DNA of 33,248 nucleotides from Acidimicrobiia bacterium (GTDB lineage Bacteria; Actinomycetota; Acidimicrobiia; Spongiisociales; ZC4RG35): NCBI GenBank assembly GCA_029865445.1, contig JAOUGY010000003.1, positions 1 to 33,248 of the forward strand, read 5' to 3'. Shown piece by piece: positions 33,070 to 33,248 of this stretch (position 1 is its first letter; each line of letters starts with the position of its first letter). The notes under the pieces were generated by a model. It saw only the letters and a program-made list of their open reading frames with translations, ran no database searches and was not told where the DNA came from. The position numbers and the translations under genes were made by a program.

Positions 33070-33248
33070 ATGATCCGTCGGATGATGGCGGTTTCGGTGG
33101 TGTCGTTGCTGATGGCGGCACTCGCAGTTCCGGTCCTGGCGTCGCATCAGGTGCCGGGTGGTTCGTTTACTGATGATGATGGGTCGGTGCATGAGGGGTA
33201 CATCGAGGCGTTGGTGGCGGAGGGGATCACGACTGGGTGTGGTGAGGG
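33070..33248 (+). CDS. Secreted SLH-domain protein, 3'-truncated by the window edge (absent from the ORF track)
   Basis: Translates as MIRRMMAVSVVSLLMAALAVPVLA-SHQVPGGSFTDDDGSVHEGYIEALVAEGITTGCGE..., i.e. a signal peptide followed by the same SLH-like repeat start seen in 29085..32201. A purine-rich SD lies upstream. Confidence 0.8.
   Translation, partial: MIRRMMAVSVVSLLMAALAVPVLASHQVPGGSFTDDDGSVHEGYIEALVAEGITTGCGE

Overview
High-GC window, most likely from an actinobacterium of the Acidimicrobiia type. This is inferred from the Cys-containing 'GCNPPxNDxFCPDxxVTRGQMAAFL' SLH repeats, TANNNT leaderless promoters and an Hsp18-like sHSP. Left end (1-9514): the 3' part of a tightly translationally coupled + strand operon. 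It has three uncharacterised proteins, a tail-fibre-like protein with a Peptidase_S74 intramolecular chaperone, and a beta-propeller/Ig/tandem peptidoglycan-binding protein; no phage or contractile-tail genes are visible. This is the best candidate for an undescribed macromolecular adhesion or delivery apparatus. Middle: largely housekeeping. It contains a membrane protein, fadI-fadJ, an MBOAT + SGNH O-acetylation pair, a DUF4015-like glycoside hydrolase, a mosaic repeat-rich intergenic element, an orphan histidine kinase, fabH, ndh, an M20 amidohydrolase, an apparently catalytically dead ADP-ribosylglycohydrolase fused to a degenerate NADAR-like domain, an ABC-2 transporter with a frameshifted permease, a GNAT, and an ECF sigma remnant. 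Right: tRNA-Phe and tRNA-Asp, then a 1038-aa secreted protein fusing three SLH-like repeats to a cholesterol-dependent-cytolysin-like (CDCL) pore-forming core and PKD/Ig repeats, hsp20 with a near-consensus promoter and terminator, and the start of another SLH protein. All family calls come from motif recognition by eye; no database search was run.
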